From the sequence record MF459647.1: DNA of 64,000 nucleotides. One strand, written 5' to 3'. Position numbers and translations under genes: made by a program. Below the pieces are notes generated by a model. That model saw only the letters and a list, made by a program, of their open reading frames with translations, was not told where the DNA came from and ran no database searches. Of this stretch, positions 9,954 through 18,289 are shown piece after piece (the first letter of the stretch is position 1; each line of letters starts with the position of its first letter).

Positions 9954-9979
9954 CCCTACTGCCTTTCGGGGCAGTAGGG
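9954..9979 (+). terminator. Terminator-like hairpin with UUCG loop
   Basis: CCCTACTGCCT-TTCG-GGGCAGTAGGG right after the stop at 9947. Confidence 0.75.
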
Positions 9980-10019
9980 TGGGAAATTTTATAGTTCGCA
10001 CAACATAAGGGTTGCTATA

Positions 10020-11510
10020 ATGTTAAAAACATTTGTACAAGCCGGCGAGATTTACCGTAACAGTACCCGACCAGCTATCTACGATTCGCTGAAGAGTATG
10101 TTAAAGTTTTACGGTTTGGATTCAGCAGCCGAAGTCTTCTACAACGGGGAGAACGAAATTGCCAAGCTGGTAGGCAGTAACGCTACCGACAATTTACGTA
10201 CCGATATCTACACTGACGGATTGTTCCGTAACAAAATCTTTATTGTTCCTACAGTGGAACCCAGCCCGTTTAACAGTGGGTATGCCAACAGTCGTCGTGC
10301 CTTAACTGAACGTCCCGTCTGGCAGGACGAAGACCTGGGGATTATGGTTGTCCCGTCCTTTGAAGGTCGTCGTATTACTGTTGAGGTGAATGCCCACTTC
10401 AATGACCGTAATAAAGCCCAGGAGTTCGTGAACACCATTAACTACCGTCAGGCTAATCAGATTGCAGACATGGCGTTCAGTGCCTATATTCACCTTCCAG
10501 TGAACACCGGCATTCTGGCCTTCCTGGAGCACGCTCACGACTTGCTGGTAAAGAATGACCCTACCGCCGAGCCTGATTGTCCTACGTGGTTTGGAGCACG
10601 TTGTAAAGCCCCTATGACCACTGCCACCAACGCCGCAGGCAATAACGCGGAAATGTTGGTACCGATGCGTATTGATAACCTGGGGGTGCAGTTTGAAGAG
10701 CCACGTATCCGGCTTGCGCAGAAGGCGCAACTGGTGGGTAAATACGAAGTCGCGTTAACCTACTTCTTTTATTTCCAGGAGTTCATTGGTTGGGACGTTG
10801 AGTATCCGTTGAACATCTATCAGGATGAGATTGACGCTCAGTACATCCCGGCTATTAATGAACAGTACGAACGTGGGTTCACTAACCGCAGCAATATTGA
10901 GCTGGCGTTTGCCAATCAGTTGACACCGTACAACCGGTCAGAACACTCACCGTATTTCCTGTGTCTGCCTAAACATGACCCGTTCCGGAAAGAATACCAG
11001 AACTGGATGGTGCCGGTATTCCAGGTGCGGTTAGCGGTAGCCGATGTTGAGCAACAGGAGCTGGCCGCATTATCTGATATTCCAGATATCGAATGGAACG
11101 ACACGGTAATGAAGTACATGCTGCGTCGTCATGCGAAAGCGTTCTCTCACCACGACACACCTTTCTTGTTCTCAGCGTACAGCGGTGACCTTCAGGTCTT
11201 GCCGGTTCAGTTAATGATGAACGAAACCGGGTCCACATTCCTGACACGTCCCCCCACCATGAAGAATACCTACCGACTGATGTTGGATGTTGACATGGCG
11301 ATCCGTGACTACAGTCAGGACTTCTGGGATGACCTCATGAAGCACCCGGAAGACTGGGGTATCCTACCCGGTATCTTCCCGTGGTATGACTGGACGGACT
11401 GGGACAAGAAATTCCCTCAATGCATCGATGACATTAATATCGGTGGTGACTTTATTCCGAAATGGGACCGTCTGATGTCGTGGATGGGTCTTATTGCTTA
11501 CCGAGGATAG
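10020..11510 (+). CDS. Conserved virion structural protein (neck/tail block)
   Basis: 496-aa ORF. First gene of a tightly coupled four-gene operon, in the position of the conserved phiKZ-like virion block. Confidence 0.55.
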   Translation: MLKTFVQAGEIYRNSTRPAIYDSLKSMLKFYGLDSAAEVFYNGENEIAKLVGSNATDNLRTDIYTDGLFRNKIFIVPTVEPSPFNSGYANSRRALTERPVWQDEDLGIMVVPSFEGRRITVEVNAHFNDRNKAQEFVNTINYRQANQIADMAFSAYIHLPVNTGILAFLEHAHDLLVKNDPTAEPDCPTWFGARCKAPMTTATNAAGNNAEMLVPMRIDNLGVQFEEPRIRLAQKAQLVGKYEVALTYFFYFQEFIGWDVEYPLNIYQDEIDAQYIPAINEQYERGFTNRSNIELAFANQLTPYNRSEHSPYFLCLPKHDPFRKEYQNWMVPVFQVRLAVADVEQQELAALSDIPDIEWNDTVMKYMLRRHAKAFSHHDTPFLFSAYSGDLQVLPVQLMMNETGSTFLTRPPTMKNTYRLMLDVDMAIRDYSQDFWDDLMKHPEDWGILPGIFPWYDWTDWDKKFPQCIDDINIGGDFIPKWDRLMSWMGLIAYRG

Positions 11511-11514
11511 TGCT

Positions 11515-12801
11515 ATGCCATTAGCCATTACTCCTGTAGGACAAATTAAGGACGTCCCTGCAGAAGCCCCCAAGATTTATAACGAGCGTTATAAGCACTC
11601 CATCGTTGACTCCGCGTACCAACCTGAAACCAGCCTGCTGTCAATGGTGGACGGTGCACCGCGTATGGTGGAGTTCTACCATCAGTTCCTGGGACAGACC
11701 GAAGAGCCGTTACCGTTCCAACCGGAAGGCATGGCGCTCTACCAGTCCTACACCCGTATTAAACGGATGATCATCAAACAGGAAGGTGACGGTGCGTATA
11801 ACTACGACCCAGATACCGGACAGTCGGCAAAAGAGTATAACGGTTACGTTATCTTTGACCTGACCCCTATCCGTGGCGATGTGTTTATTGCGGACATCGG
11901 TGACGGGAACGCCGGGCTCTTTGTGTTAACCGAACAACCAGAGATTCGCAACTTCACCGCCAACAAAGTTTATTACATCACTTACAAGCTGGTCAGCTTC
12001 CTGACTGAACAGATGTTTGATGCACTGAATAAACGCGTAGTGAAAGAACTGGTCTATTCCAAAGACTCGGCGATGAACGGCGGTAACGCAGTTATTTCGG
12101 AAGGGGCTTACGACGACCAGAAGAACCTGGTAAAGTGGTTGATTACCATTACCGGGCACCTGTACCGTAACTTCTACTGGAATCCAGAGAAAACCTTTGC
12201 GTTGATTACCCAGGGTGAGCAGAAAGTCTACGACCAGTATTTGGTGGAGTTCCTGTGCGCGGTAACGCCGCCTGAGCTACGACAGGGGTATCCGTTCATC
12301 AATCGCCTGTCAACGCAGTACGGTGGGCGTGAAGTGGGTTATCACGGGTCTCTGAGTATCTGGGACGTATTGCTGCGTGGTGACTTCCATTTACTGGGTC
12401 AGTGCAGTAACCGCATCGGGATTGTGGACGTTAACCGTCTGTACGCTACTCGAGCCTACGGCACTATCCGTAACAGCAAGTTTGACCAGGTGCTGGTAAC
12501 GGACCCGGAAAACTACGGCAACATGCAGCCGTACTTCAACATGGACGGCTACCCGATTCTGACTTATGACGCTGATCGGTCCACGACCTACATGTTCACG
12601 GCAGAATTTTATAAAGGTCAAGCGAGCACGGAAATCGAACACCTGGTGTTGGACATTCTGCGCGACCGCGTAATTGACCGCAAACGACTGTTGAAGTATT
12701 GCGATACGTATTTCAACCTTACTCGTTGGGAACAGCTCTATTACGGAGCGATTCTCATCTTACTGATTCAGGCTACACGTAAAGTAGACGTCGGAGTGTA
12801 A
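11515..12801 (+). CDS. Conserved virion structural protein (neck/tail block)
   Basis: GAGG RBS before ATG 11515. Coupled to both neighbours. Confidence 0.55.
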   Translation: MPLAITPVGQIKDVPAEAPKIYNERYKHSIVDSAYQPETSLLSMVDGAPRMVEFYHQFLGQTEEPLPFQPEGMALYQSYTRIKRMIIKQEGDGAYNYDPDTGQSAKEYNGYVIFDLTPIRGDVFIADIGDGNAGLFVLTEQPEIRNFTANKVYYITYKLVSFLTEQMFDALNKRVVKELVYSKDSAMNGGNAVISEGAYDDQKNLVKWLITITGHLYRNFYWNPEKTFALITQGEQKVYDQYLVEFLCAVTPPELRQGYPFINRLSTQYGGREVGYHGSLSIWDVLLRGDFHLLGQCSNRIGIVDVNRLYATRAYGTIRNSKFDQVLVTDPENYGNMQPYFNMDGYPILTYDADRSTTYMFTAEFYKGQASTEIEHLVLDILRDRVIDRKRLLKYCDTYFNLTRWEQLYYGAILILLIQATRKVDVGV

Positions 12802-12802
12802 A

Positions 12803-13510
12803 ATGCTGATAGCTCGCTATAACCACATTCGTGGACGATTAACCGCGCTACACGATATGATTCAACACAAGCAGTTCTCGGTATGGGTTGCGCCTGTTAT
12901 GTTCATGGATTTGGAAGAGCTACGGCACCGTCCGACTTTCCAGCGTGAAGACCACGTCGCAGACCATCAGTTCTACGAAACCCCTCAGATGCGTTCCATG
13001 ACCGTATCACAGCTGGTTGAGATTCTGCCAAACATGAATACCCCTAATGACATCGGGTACTGTCGTCCTAACGAAGACATTCCGCTGTTGTATGAGGGGA
13101 TTCAGGAATACATCATGCTGTGGTGCGAAATCATCAAGGACGTACCTGAGGTGCCGTTCCCGCCGTTAGACGAACTCTACCTGCTGGAGAGCTTTGCTTA
13201 CACACTGTTCCCGGCGTACCGTTCGATTAAGCCCTACCTGGACGATAAAGAGCGTCAAGAGCAGAACGGCATCAATGCCCGCATGTCTGAAATGGGTCTG
13301 GCAAGCTTCATGGGGCTGTTCAAGCAGGAACGCTTTGGGGCCAAGATGGCAGACGGTCAGCTTAGCTTTGTCTCTTATCTTGACATGCTGAAGCAATCCA
13401 TGAACTGGACGGAGTCAGCAGGACAGACGGGGGTGAAATCTGCTACCGACAGTTTGCTGGCACAGGACAACAGCGACATCGGCATGGCCGCTTGGTTTAT
13501 GATGAAATAA
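12803..13510 (+). CDS. Hypothetical protein
   Basis: 235-aa ORF whose start directly follows the upstream stop (TAAAATG). Confidence 0.7.
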   Translation: MLIARYNHIRGRLTALHDMIQHKQFSVWVAPVMFMDLEELRHRPTFQREDHVADHQFYETPQMRSMTVSQLVEILPNMNTPNDIGYCRPNEDIPLLYEGIQEYIMLWCEIIKDVPEVPFPPLDELYLLESFAYTLFPAYRSIKPYLDDKERQEQNGINARMSEMGLASFMGLFKQERFGAKMADGQLSFVSYLDMLKQSMNWTESAGQTGVKSATDSLLAQDNSDIGMAAWFMMK

Positions 13511-13519
13511 GGATAATCC

Positions 13520-14854
13520 ATGCAATTTCCTAAACCGATAAGAAACCTACTTGAACAAGCCAAACGCACCAGTCAAGTGGGTCAGGTTCGGGTGGTACGG
13601 TTAAAGGCCACGCTGATCACACCTACCCAACACATTGACTTGATTATTCCTACGGGGTTCTCCAAGTACAGTAACTTTGTGTCGGCTAACAGTGATGACG
13701 CTCGTATCAAAGGGCACCTGCAACCGGGGGCGTACTTTAATAGCGTGTTGCCTCACAAAGACAATCTGTTGATTGAAGTGTTGGAACAGGAAGGATTGCG
13801 TCAGACAGCCACCACATACCGTTGTGTGCCGTTGGGAGATGGTAACCCCAGTCAAGCAGGTCAGCACAGCTCTATGGCCAATCTGGATGCGTTAAACAAC
13901 CGTAACGTGATTGAGGTTGAGTTCCAGTTACTGGACCCCGGCTTTGATCTGTTAAAGAACGTGCCGGTTGACCGCATTCTGTTAATGGGGCGACTGGATG
14001 ATACCCTGCACAGTTTGCTCACGGAGTTTGGTGAGAAGCTGGGACTGACAGGACCCAATGCGTTTCGTGGGGTGAACATTGAAAAGCCTATCGACAACGA
14101 ACAGGTCATGTCGCAGATTGTCATTCCTCAGGGTACACGATTAATCAAGCTGGCCGAGTTCCTGCAAAACGACGACCAGTACGGCATCTATTCCAAAGGG
14201 ATGGGAAGCTTCTACCGGAAGGGCATGTGGTACATTTATACCTTGTATCGGTTAGGACGTTATAAGACCGCCTCCAAGGTACTGGACGTATACCGCTTGC
14301 CTCAGGACTCCATTCCAACGTTAGACGTTACCTATTACCAGAACGACCGGGTGATTACGGTAATGTCTACAGGAGAAGGTTCTCAGGTCGACCGTCGCGA
14401 TATCCGTCGTCAGAACAAAGGTACTGGTACCCGTGTGATTAACCCGGATGCCTTAGCAGGGGAAGCCGGTAATTACTACGGTAAAGGAGGCGCACTCACT
14501 ACCCGTCAGGATAGCTTGTCAGAGTTCCGTACGTCACAGCGTGCTAACGACAATGACTTCGTGCCTCTTAACCCTACCCCGAGTTCTAACATCTGGAAGT
14601 ACATGTCAGAGAACGCTCGTAACGATGGCATGGTGGTTACGGTGGAATGGCATAACTCCAACACGGACTTAATCACGCCCGGTATGCCGTGTCGGTACTT
14701 CTACATGGAAGGGGATGTGGTGAAGTCGAAAGAGGGAACGGTCTTGGAGGTTCGTCGAGACATGATGGCAGATACCTCTAACACCCGAGCTACCTTCAGA
14801 GAACGAGGGCAGTTACACCTGTTCTTGTTAGACGATGATGAGATGATCCAATAA
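13520..14854 (+). CDS. Putative baseplate hub-like virion protein
   Basis: AAGGA RBS. 444 aa. The C-terminal stretch (VEWHNSNTDLITPGMPCRY...GTVLEV) resembles contractile-tail hub proteins. Assignment is from recall only. Confidence 0.45.
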   Translation: MQFPKPIRNLLEQAKRTSQVGQVRVVRLKATLITPTQHIDLIIPTGFSKYSNFVSANSDDARIKGHLQPGAYFNSVLPHKDNLLIEVLEQEGLRQTATTYRCVPLGDGNPSQAGQHSSMANLDALNNRNVIEVEFQLLDPGFDLLKNVPVDRILLMGRLDDTLHSLLTEFGEKLGLTGPNAFRGVNIEKPIDNEQVMSQIVIPQGTRLIKLAEFLQNDDQYGIYSKGMGSFYRKGMWYIYTLYRLGRYKTASKVLDVYRLPQDSIPTLDVTYYQNDRVITVMSTGEGSQVDRRDIRRQNKGTGTRVINPDALAGEAGNYYGKGGALTTRQDSLSEFRTSQRANDNDFVPLNPTPSSNIWKYMSENARNDGMVVTVEWHNSNTDLITPGMPCRYFYMEGDVVKSKEGTVLEVRRDMMADTSNTRATFRERGQLHLFLLDDDEMIQ

Positions 14855-15007
14855 GTTTTTATTTTAAAGCTATTATATTAACTTATACTTATTATCCTAG
14901 TCTATCGTCAGAGGGTTGACTAAATTAATAGTAATACGAAGTATTACATCCTTATAGGTAATAGCTCATAACAGCTATTACCGGTTGTCTTTACTTCCTT
15001 ATTCTTT

Positions 15008-15032
15008 CCCTCCTCTCGTGAGAGAGTGAGGG
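15008..15032 (+). terminator. Hairpin with GTGA (GNRA) loop
   Basis: CCCTC-CTCTC-GTGA-GAGAG-T-GAGGG in an AT-rich intergenic region. Confidence 0.5.
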
Positions 15033-15053
15033 GAGGTTATTATATTATAACAA

Positions 15054-15079
15054 TTTTCGTCTCTACATTACTTAGGTGA
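15054..15079 (+). promoter_or_regulatory. Conserved 26-bp motif copy 1 (putative early promoter)
   Basis: TTTTCGTCTCTACATTACTTAGGTGA aligns without gaps to five other intergenic copies. Confidence 0.65.
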
Positions 15080-15151
15080 TCTGTGTAATAAACAAAACCT
15101 TTGTCAGACCGGCTTAGGTTATTTCTTTTTAAGGTTAAGAGGAAAGATACC

Positions 15152-15499
15152 ATGACGATTAGAAAATGGCTCTCAGTAGCGCTGATAGCGTTTATGACGA
15201 TGTTTTGTATAAATGCGTCTGCTGAACAAAACACTGCGCCTGTAGATGTCCGCTTTGGTCATCAAACCGATCCGATAAGCGGCATGCAATATACAGTCGC
15301 TTACGTCACTGCGGTTAGCGATGATGTCGTACTCACCGGCATTCGCGTTAACCGAGGTAACTGCCGAGAAAGCGTCGGCAATCCCGCTGTACCAGTGTCC
15401 ATCTATTTTGGACAAACCGTCAAGTACCTGTATATGAAGTGTAACCGCATCATAGAAGCCGAATTACGTACGAACCATGGCGACTGGGTATTTAAGTAA
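15152..15499 (+). CDS. Small secreted/periplasmic protein with Sec signal peptide
   Basis: GAGGA RBS. MTIRKWLSVALIAFMTMFCINASA-E signal (A-S-A site). Two Cys in the mature beta-rich part (VNRGNC...KC). Confidence 0.7.
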   Translation: MTIRKWLSVALIAFMTMFCINASAEQNTAPVDVRFGHQTDPISGMQYTVAYVTAVSDDVVLTGIRVNRGNCRESVGNPAVPVSIYFGQTVKYLYMKCNRIIEAELRTNHGDWVFK

Positions 15500-15521
15500 C
15501 ACAATCAGTTAAGGAGACACA

Positions 15522-16040
15522 ATGGAGAACCAAGCGTTTTTAGACAAGTTCAATACTGTCGAAGATTTGCTGTCTACGGGTGATATGCTGCTTTACAAGT
15601 CTACGGACTGGGATTTAGCAGTAAAGACCCTACACGCCGCTGTCGTTCAACGTGTGGCCGCAGAACCTGATTTTGAAGTATGGGTCCCGTTACGCTATTG
15701 GCAATACGCAAAAAGCAAAGACCGGGCCGCTGGGTTATACATTGAAGTGTTTGATGTGTACATCAGCAACAAGGGACGCGTTTATAACCTGAATGGTAAC
15801 GACGGTAGTGAGCCGCATTTTGGTACCGAAGATAGCAACGGGTATAAAACGTTCTCTGTAACGGTAGATGAGAAGTCGAAGAGTCTGATGGTGGAACGTG
15901 CGGTCGCCTGCTGTTTCCTACCGATACCGGATGACTTAGCGACACACAAAATCATCGACCTGGAAGTGGGGCATCGTGATGAGGATCGTGCTAATAACGA
16001 TGTCATGAACCTGTTCTGGAAATTAACCAAAACCATGTAA
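15522..16040 (+). CDS. HNH-like protein, C-terminally truncated nuclease motif
   Basis: AAGGAG RBS. YISNKGRV...NGY...VERAVACCF...VGHRDEDRANNDVMNLFW, then a stop shortly after. Confidence 0.6.
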   Translation: MENQAFLDKFNTVEDLLSTGDMLLYKSTDWDLAVKTLHAAVVQRVAAEPDFEVWVPLRYWQYAKSKDRAAGLYIEVFDVYISNKGRVYNLNGNDGSEPHFGTEDSNGYKTFSVTVDEKSKSLMVERAVACCFLPIPDDLATHKIIDLEVGHRDEDRANNDVMNLFWKLTKTM

Positions 16041-16046
16041 CCACTA

Positions 16047-16074
16047 CCCTACCTTCCCAATCGGGAAGGTAGGG
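16047..16074. terminator. Bidirectional terminator between convergent genes
   Basis: CCCTACCTTCCC-AATC-GGGAAGGTAGGG. Confidence 0.8.
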
Positions 16075-16094
16075 ATTTCTCTTATGTTTATTTT

Positions 16095-17645
16095 TTATGC
16101 AGCTTCTCTGCTAAAATCATCCCAATCCGGAATTGAATTGCCGTTTTCATCAAGTCGGTGTTTCAAGCTCTTACGGTACGCTGGCTTACCGTTTATGTCG
16201 TGCACCAATCCCTTCTCTGGATCCAAGTCGTAAATACCAAAGCGGTCTTTCGGATCACACCCTTCCCCACGCTGCTTCCCTATTGAGAATGTCCAATAGT
16301 TCTTCAAGTCCGTCTTCGCCACGTGTATGGTGATTTCCACATCCACTTCGTTCGTTAACTTGGTTGAGGTTTCTGTCATGGACTTACCGGCCACTTCACG
16401 ACCAAAGTACACTTCAGACTCATCATCCGATTCACGCAGAATCTTCTTCGCTTCTGGACTCAACTGGTGAGGCGTCACGAAACAGATACCACGCGCCATG
16501 GTGAACGACCGCACCTTACGATAAAGCATCTGTAGCTTATCGCCTTTGGTGTCCCCGGTCATGCCTTCCAGTTCCATCATTGCCAGGTAGTCGTACGCCA
16601 GCAGAATGACTTCGTGACCTTTGAGTTCCAGCTTACGGATACGGTCACAGAACTTGTAGAAGTTATCTTTGTTGGGTTCAATCTGGTTGATGATTAAACA
16701 CCAGCCGTTCTTCTTGAAGCCATTAACGATGGTGTTAATGATTTCTTCGGCGGTACAGGTCATGAAGTCTTTCAACTCACCTGTCTCGGCCACACAGAAC
16801 AGTTTAAACATACGAACAATGATGAGGTCGAGGCTATCCTCAGCAGAGTCCAATACCACCGTTGGGATTTTAGACTTATCACGCAACAGGGGTTTGTTGT
16901 ACAGACCCACAGACGCTAACACATGACCCAGGGTAAACGATTTACCACGGTTGGTCAGGGCGTTAAACAGATAGAACTTAGCACGACGTAAACCCCCGTC
17001 CGGTTCCAGTGCTTTGTTCAAGCCCTGCATACCTAACTTAAGGATACCGTCCAAACTGGCTTCGGACTTCGCCTGACTGATAACCGACTCAAAGCTTTTC
17101 GGATCATCAGAGGTGACTGTCCCCACAACTTCGGTTTGTTTATCTTCGTTGAAGTTGTCGTTAATCTTTTCTTGAATCAGGTCCGACAGTTTAATCCAGT
17201 CTTCCTTCTTGAACTTCTTCACATCACCAAAGTGAAACTCTTTGATGGTCTTCTTGAAGTTCTTGCTGAAACTGCTGTCGGTGGCATTACGACGAATTTC
17301 TTTGATGTGCTTATAGATAATCTGACGGATACGTTCTTCGGACGCCACGTCTTCTAAGCCCAATTCAATCGATGTTTTCAATTCAGGTGCGTTGGCAGTG
17401 AAATCCATCACACGCTGCATTAACATTGATTTTATGATTGGCTCATCATCGGGCTGTTCCAGAATCCAGTCTATCGTCGCACGGATATCTTCCTCGGTCT
17501 TTTTATCTTGTATAAAAACTTCTGAACTGGAGATGGGTACGGTTTGTAAGAGATCCAACAGTTCATTTAACAGCGTCTTATCATTGATTCTTTTTACTTG
17601 GTAGATTGCTGTTAAGATTTTCACCAAGATGAGAAGATTACTCAT
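16095..17645 (-). CDS. dnaB: DnaB-like replicative helicase
   Basis: Walker A-like ALTNRGKS, SAED, YDYLAMM and FVTPHQLS motifs of SF4 helicases. Position next to the MCP as in phiKZ-like phages. Confidence 0.85.
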   Translation of the reverse strand: MSNLLILVKILTAIYQVKRINDKTLLNELLDLLQTVPISSSEVFIQDKKTEEDIRATIDWILEQPDDEPIIKSMLMQRVMDFTANAPELKTSIELGLEDVASEERIRQIIYKHIKEIRRNATDSSFSKNFKKTIKEFHFGDVKKFKKEDWIKLSDLIQEKINDNFNEDKQTEVVGTVTSDDPKSFESVISQAKSEASLDGILKLGMQGLNKALEPDGGLRRAKFYLFNALTNRGKSFTLGHVLASVGLYNKPLLRDKSKIPTVVLDSAEDSLDLIIVRMFKLFCVAETGELKDFMTCTAEEIINTIVNGFKKNGWCLIINQIEPNKDNFYKFCDRIRKLELKGHEVILLAYDYLAMMELEGMTGDTKGDKLQMLYRKVRSFTMARGICFVTPHQLSPEAKKILRESDDESEVYFGREVAGKSMTETSTKLTNEVDVEITIHVAKTDLKNYWTFSIGKQRGEGCDPKDRFGIYDLDPEKGLVHDINGKPAYRKSLKHRLDENGNSIPDWDDFSREAA

Positions 17646-17669
17646 TAGTTAACTCCAGGTGTAATAGAC

Positions 17670-18215
17670 ATGAAATTCGTTATTAGCCAGAACAATAAGA
17701 AGTCGGTATGGTTCTTGACCAAAGGTATGGTCGATGCGCTGAAAAGTGTAAGTATAGAATTTGACCAGTTAGACCAACTTCCGAAATTTACGGAGCATCT
17801 CACTCCCAGTGAGATTGCCAACATCCTTAAGCTACAAGATATTATAGCTGGTAAGTTCGGCGTGCCCATTCTGCCGCCAGTGCTCGATAATGTGGACGCT
17901 GTCAACAAATTACTTATCGAGAGAGCATTAAATACAGTGAGCAGTGAAGATTTACAACAACACTTCAGTGCACACAACAAATTCTATGTTCATACAACAC
18001 AAAACGGTTTCGTGCTGTGCTTGGCGAACAAAGATGAAACTGGGAGTATGCCCGGCTGGGAACCATTGGCGGCCGATACACTGGTTCCTGCCCTGCTGGA
18101 AGGACTCTATAAGAAATTTGGCTACAATGAGGTTCATTTCAAAGAAGTGACAAAAGCTTCAGTGAACGAGTTCTCATTAGCTAATATCTTTAATCTGATG
18201 GCTATTACTAACTAA
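17670..18215 (+). CDS. Hypothetical protein upstream of the major capsid gene
   Basis: 181-aa ORF with AGGTG RBS, divergent from dnaB. Confidence 0.7.
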   Translation: MKFVISQNNKKSVWFLTKGMVDALKSVSIEFDQLDQLPKFTEHLTPSEIANILKLQDIIAGKFGVPILPPVLDNVDAVNKLLIERALNTVSSEDLQQHFSAHNKFYVHTTQNGFVLCLANKDETGSMPGWEPLAADTLVPALLEGLYKKFGYNEVHFKEVTKASVNEFSLANIFNLMAITN

Positions 18216-18289
18216 GCCCGTTAGCAGTAGCGATATCATTTTATGTGCGCAAGCGCGAACAAATATATTTGTTTAAAGGAATTTAAGAA

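Noticed and set aside
14916-14950. Sigma70-like promoter at TTGACT
   Set aside because: No acceptable -10 at 16-18 bp spacing, and phiKZ-like phages use their own RNAPs.
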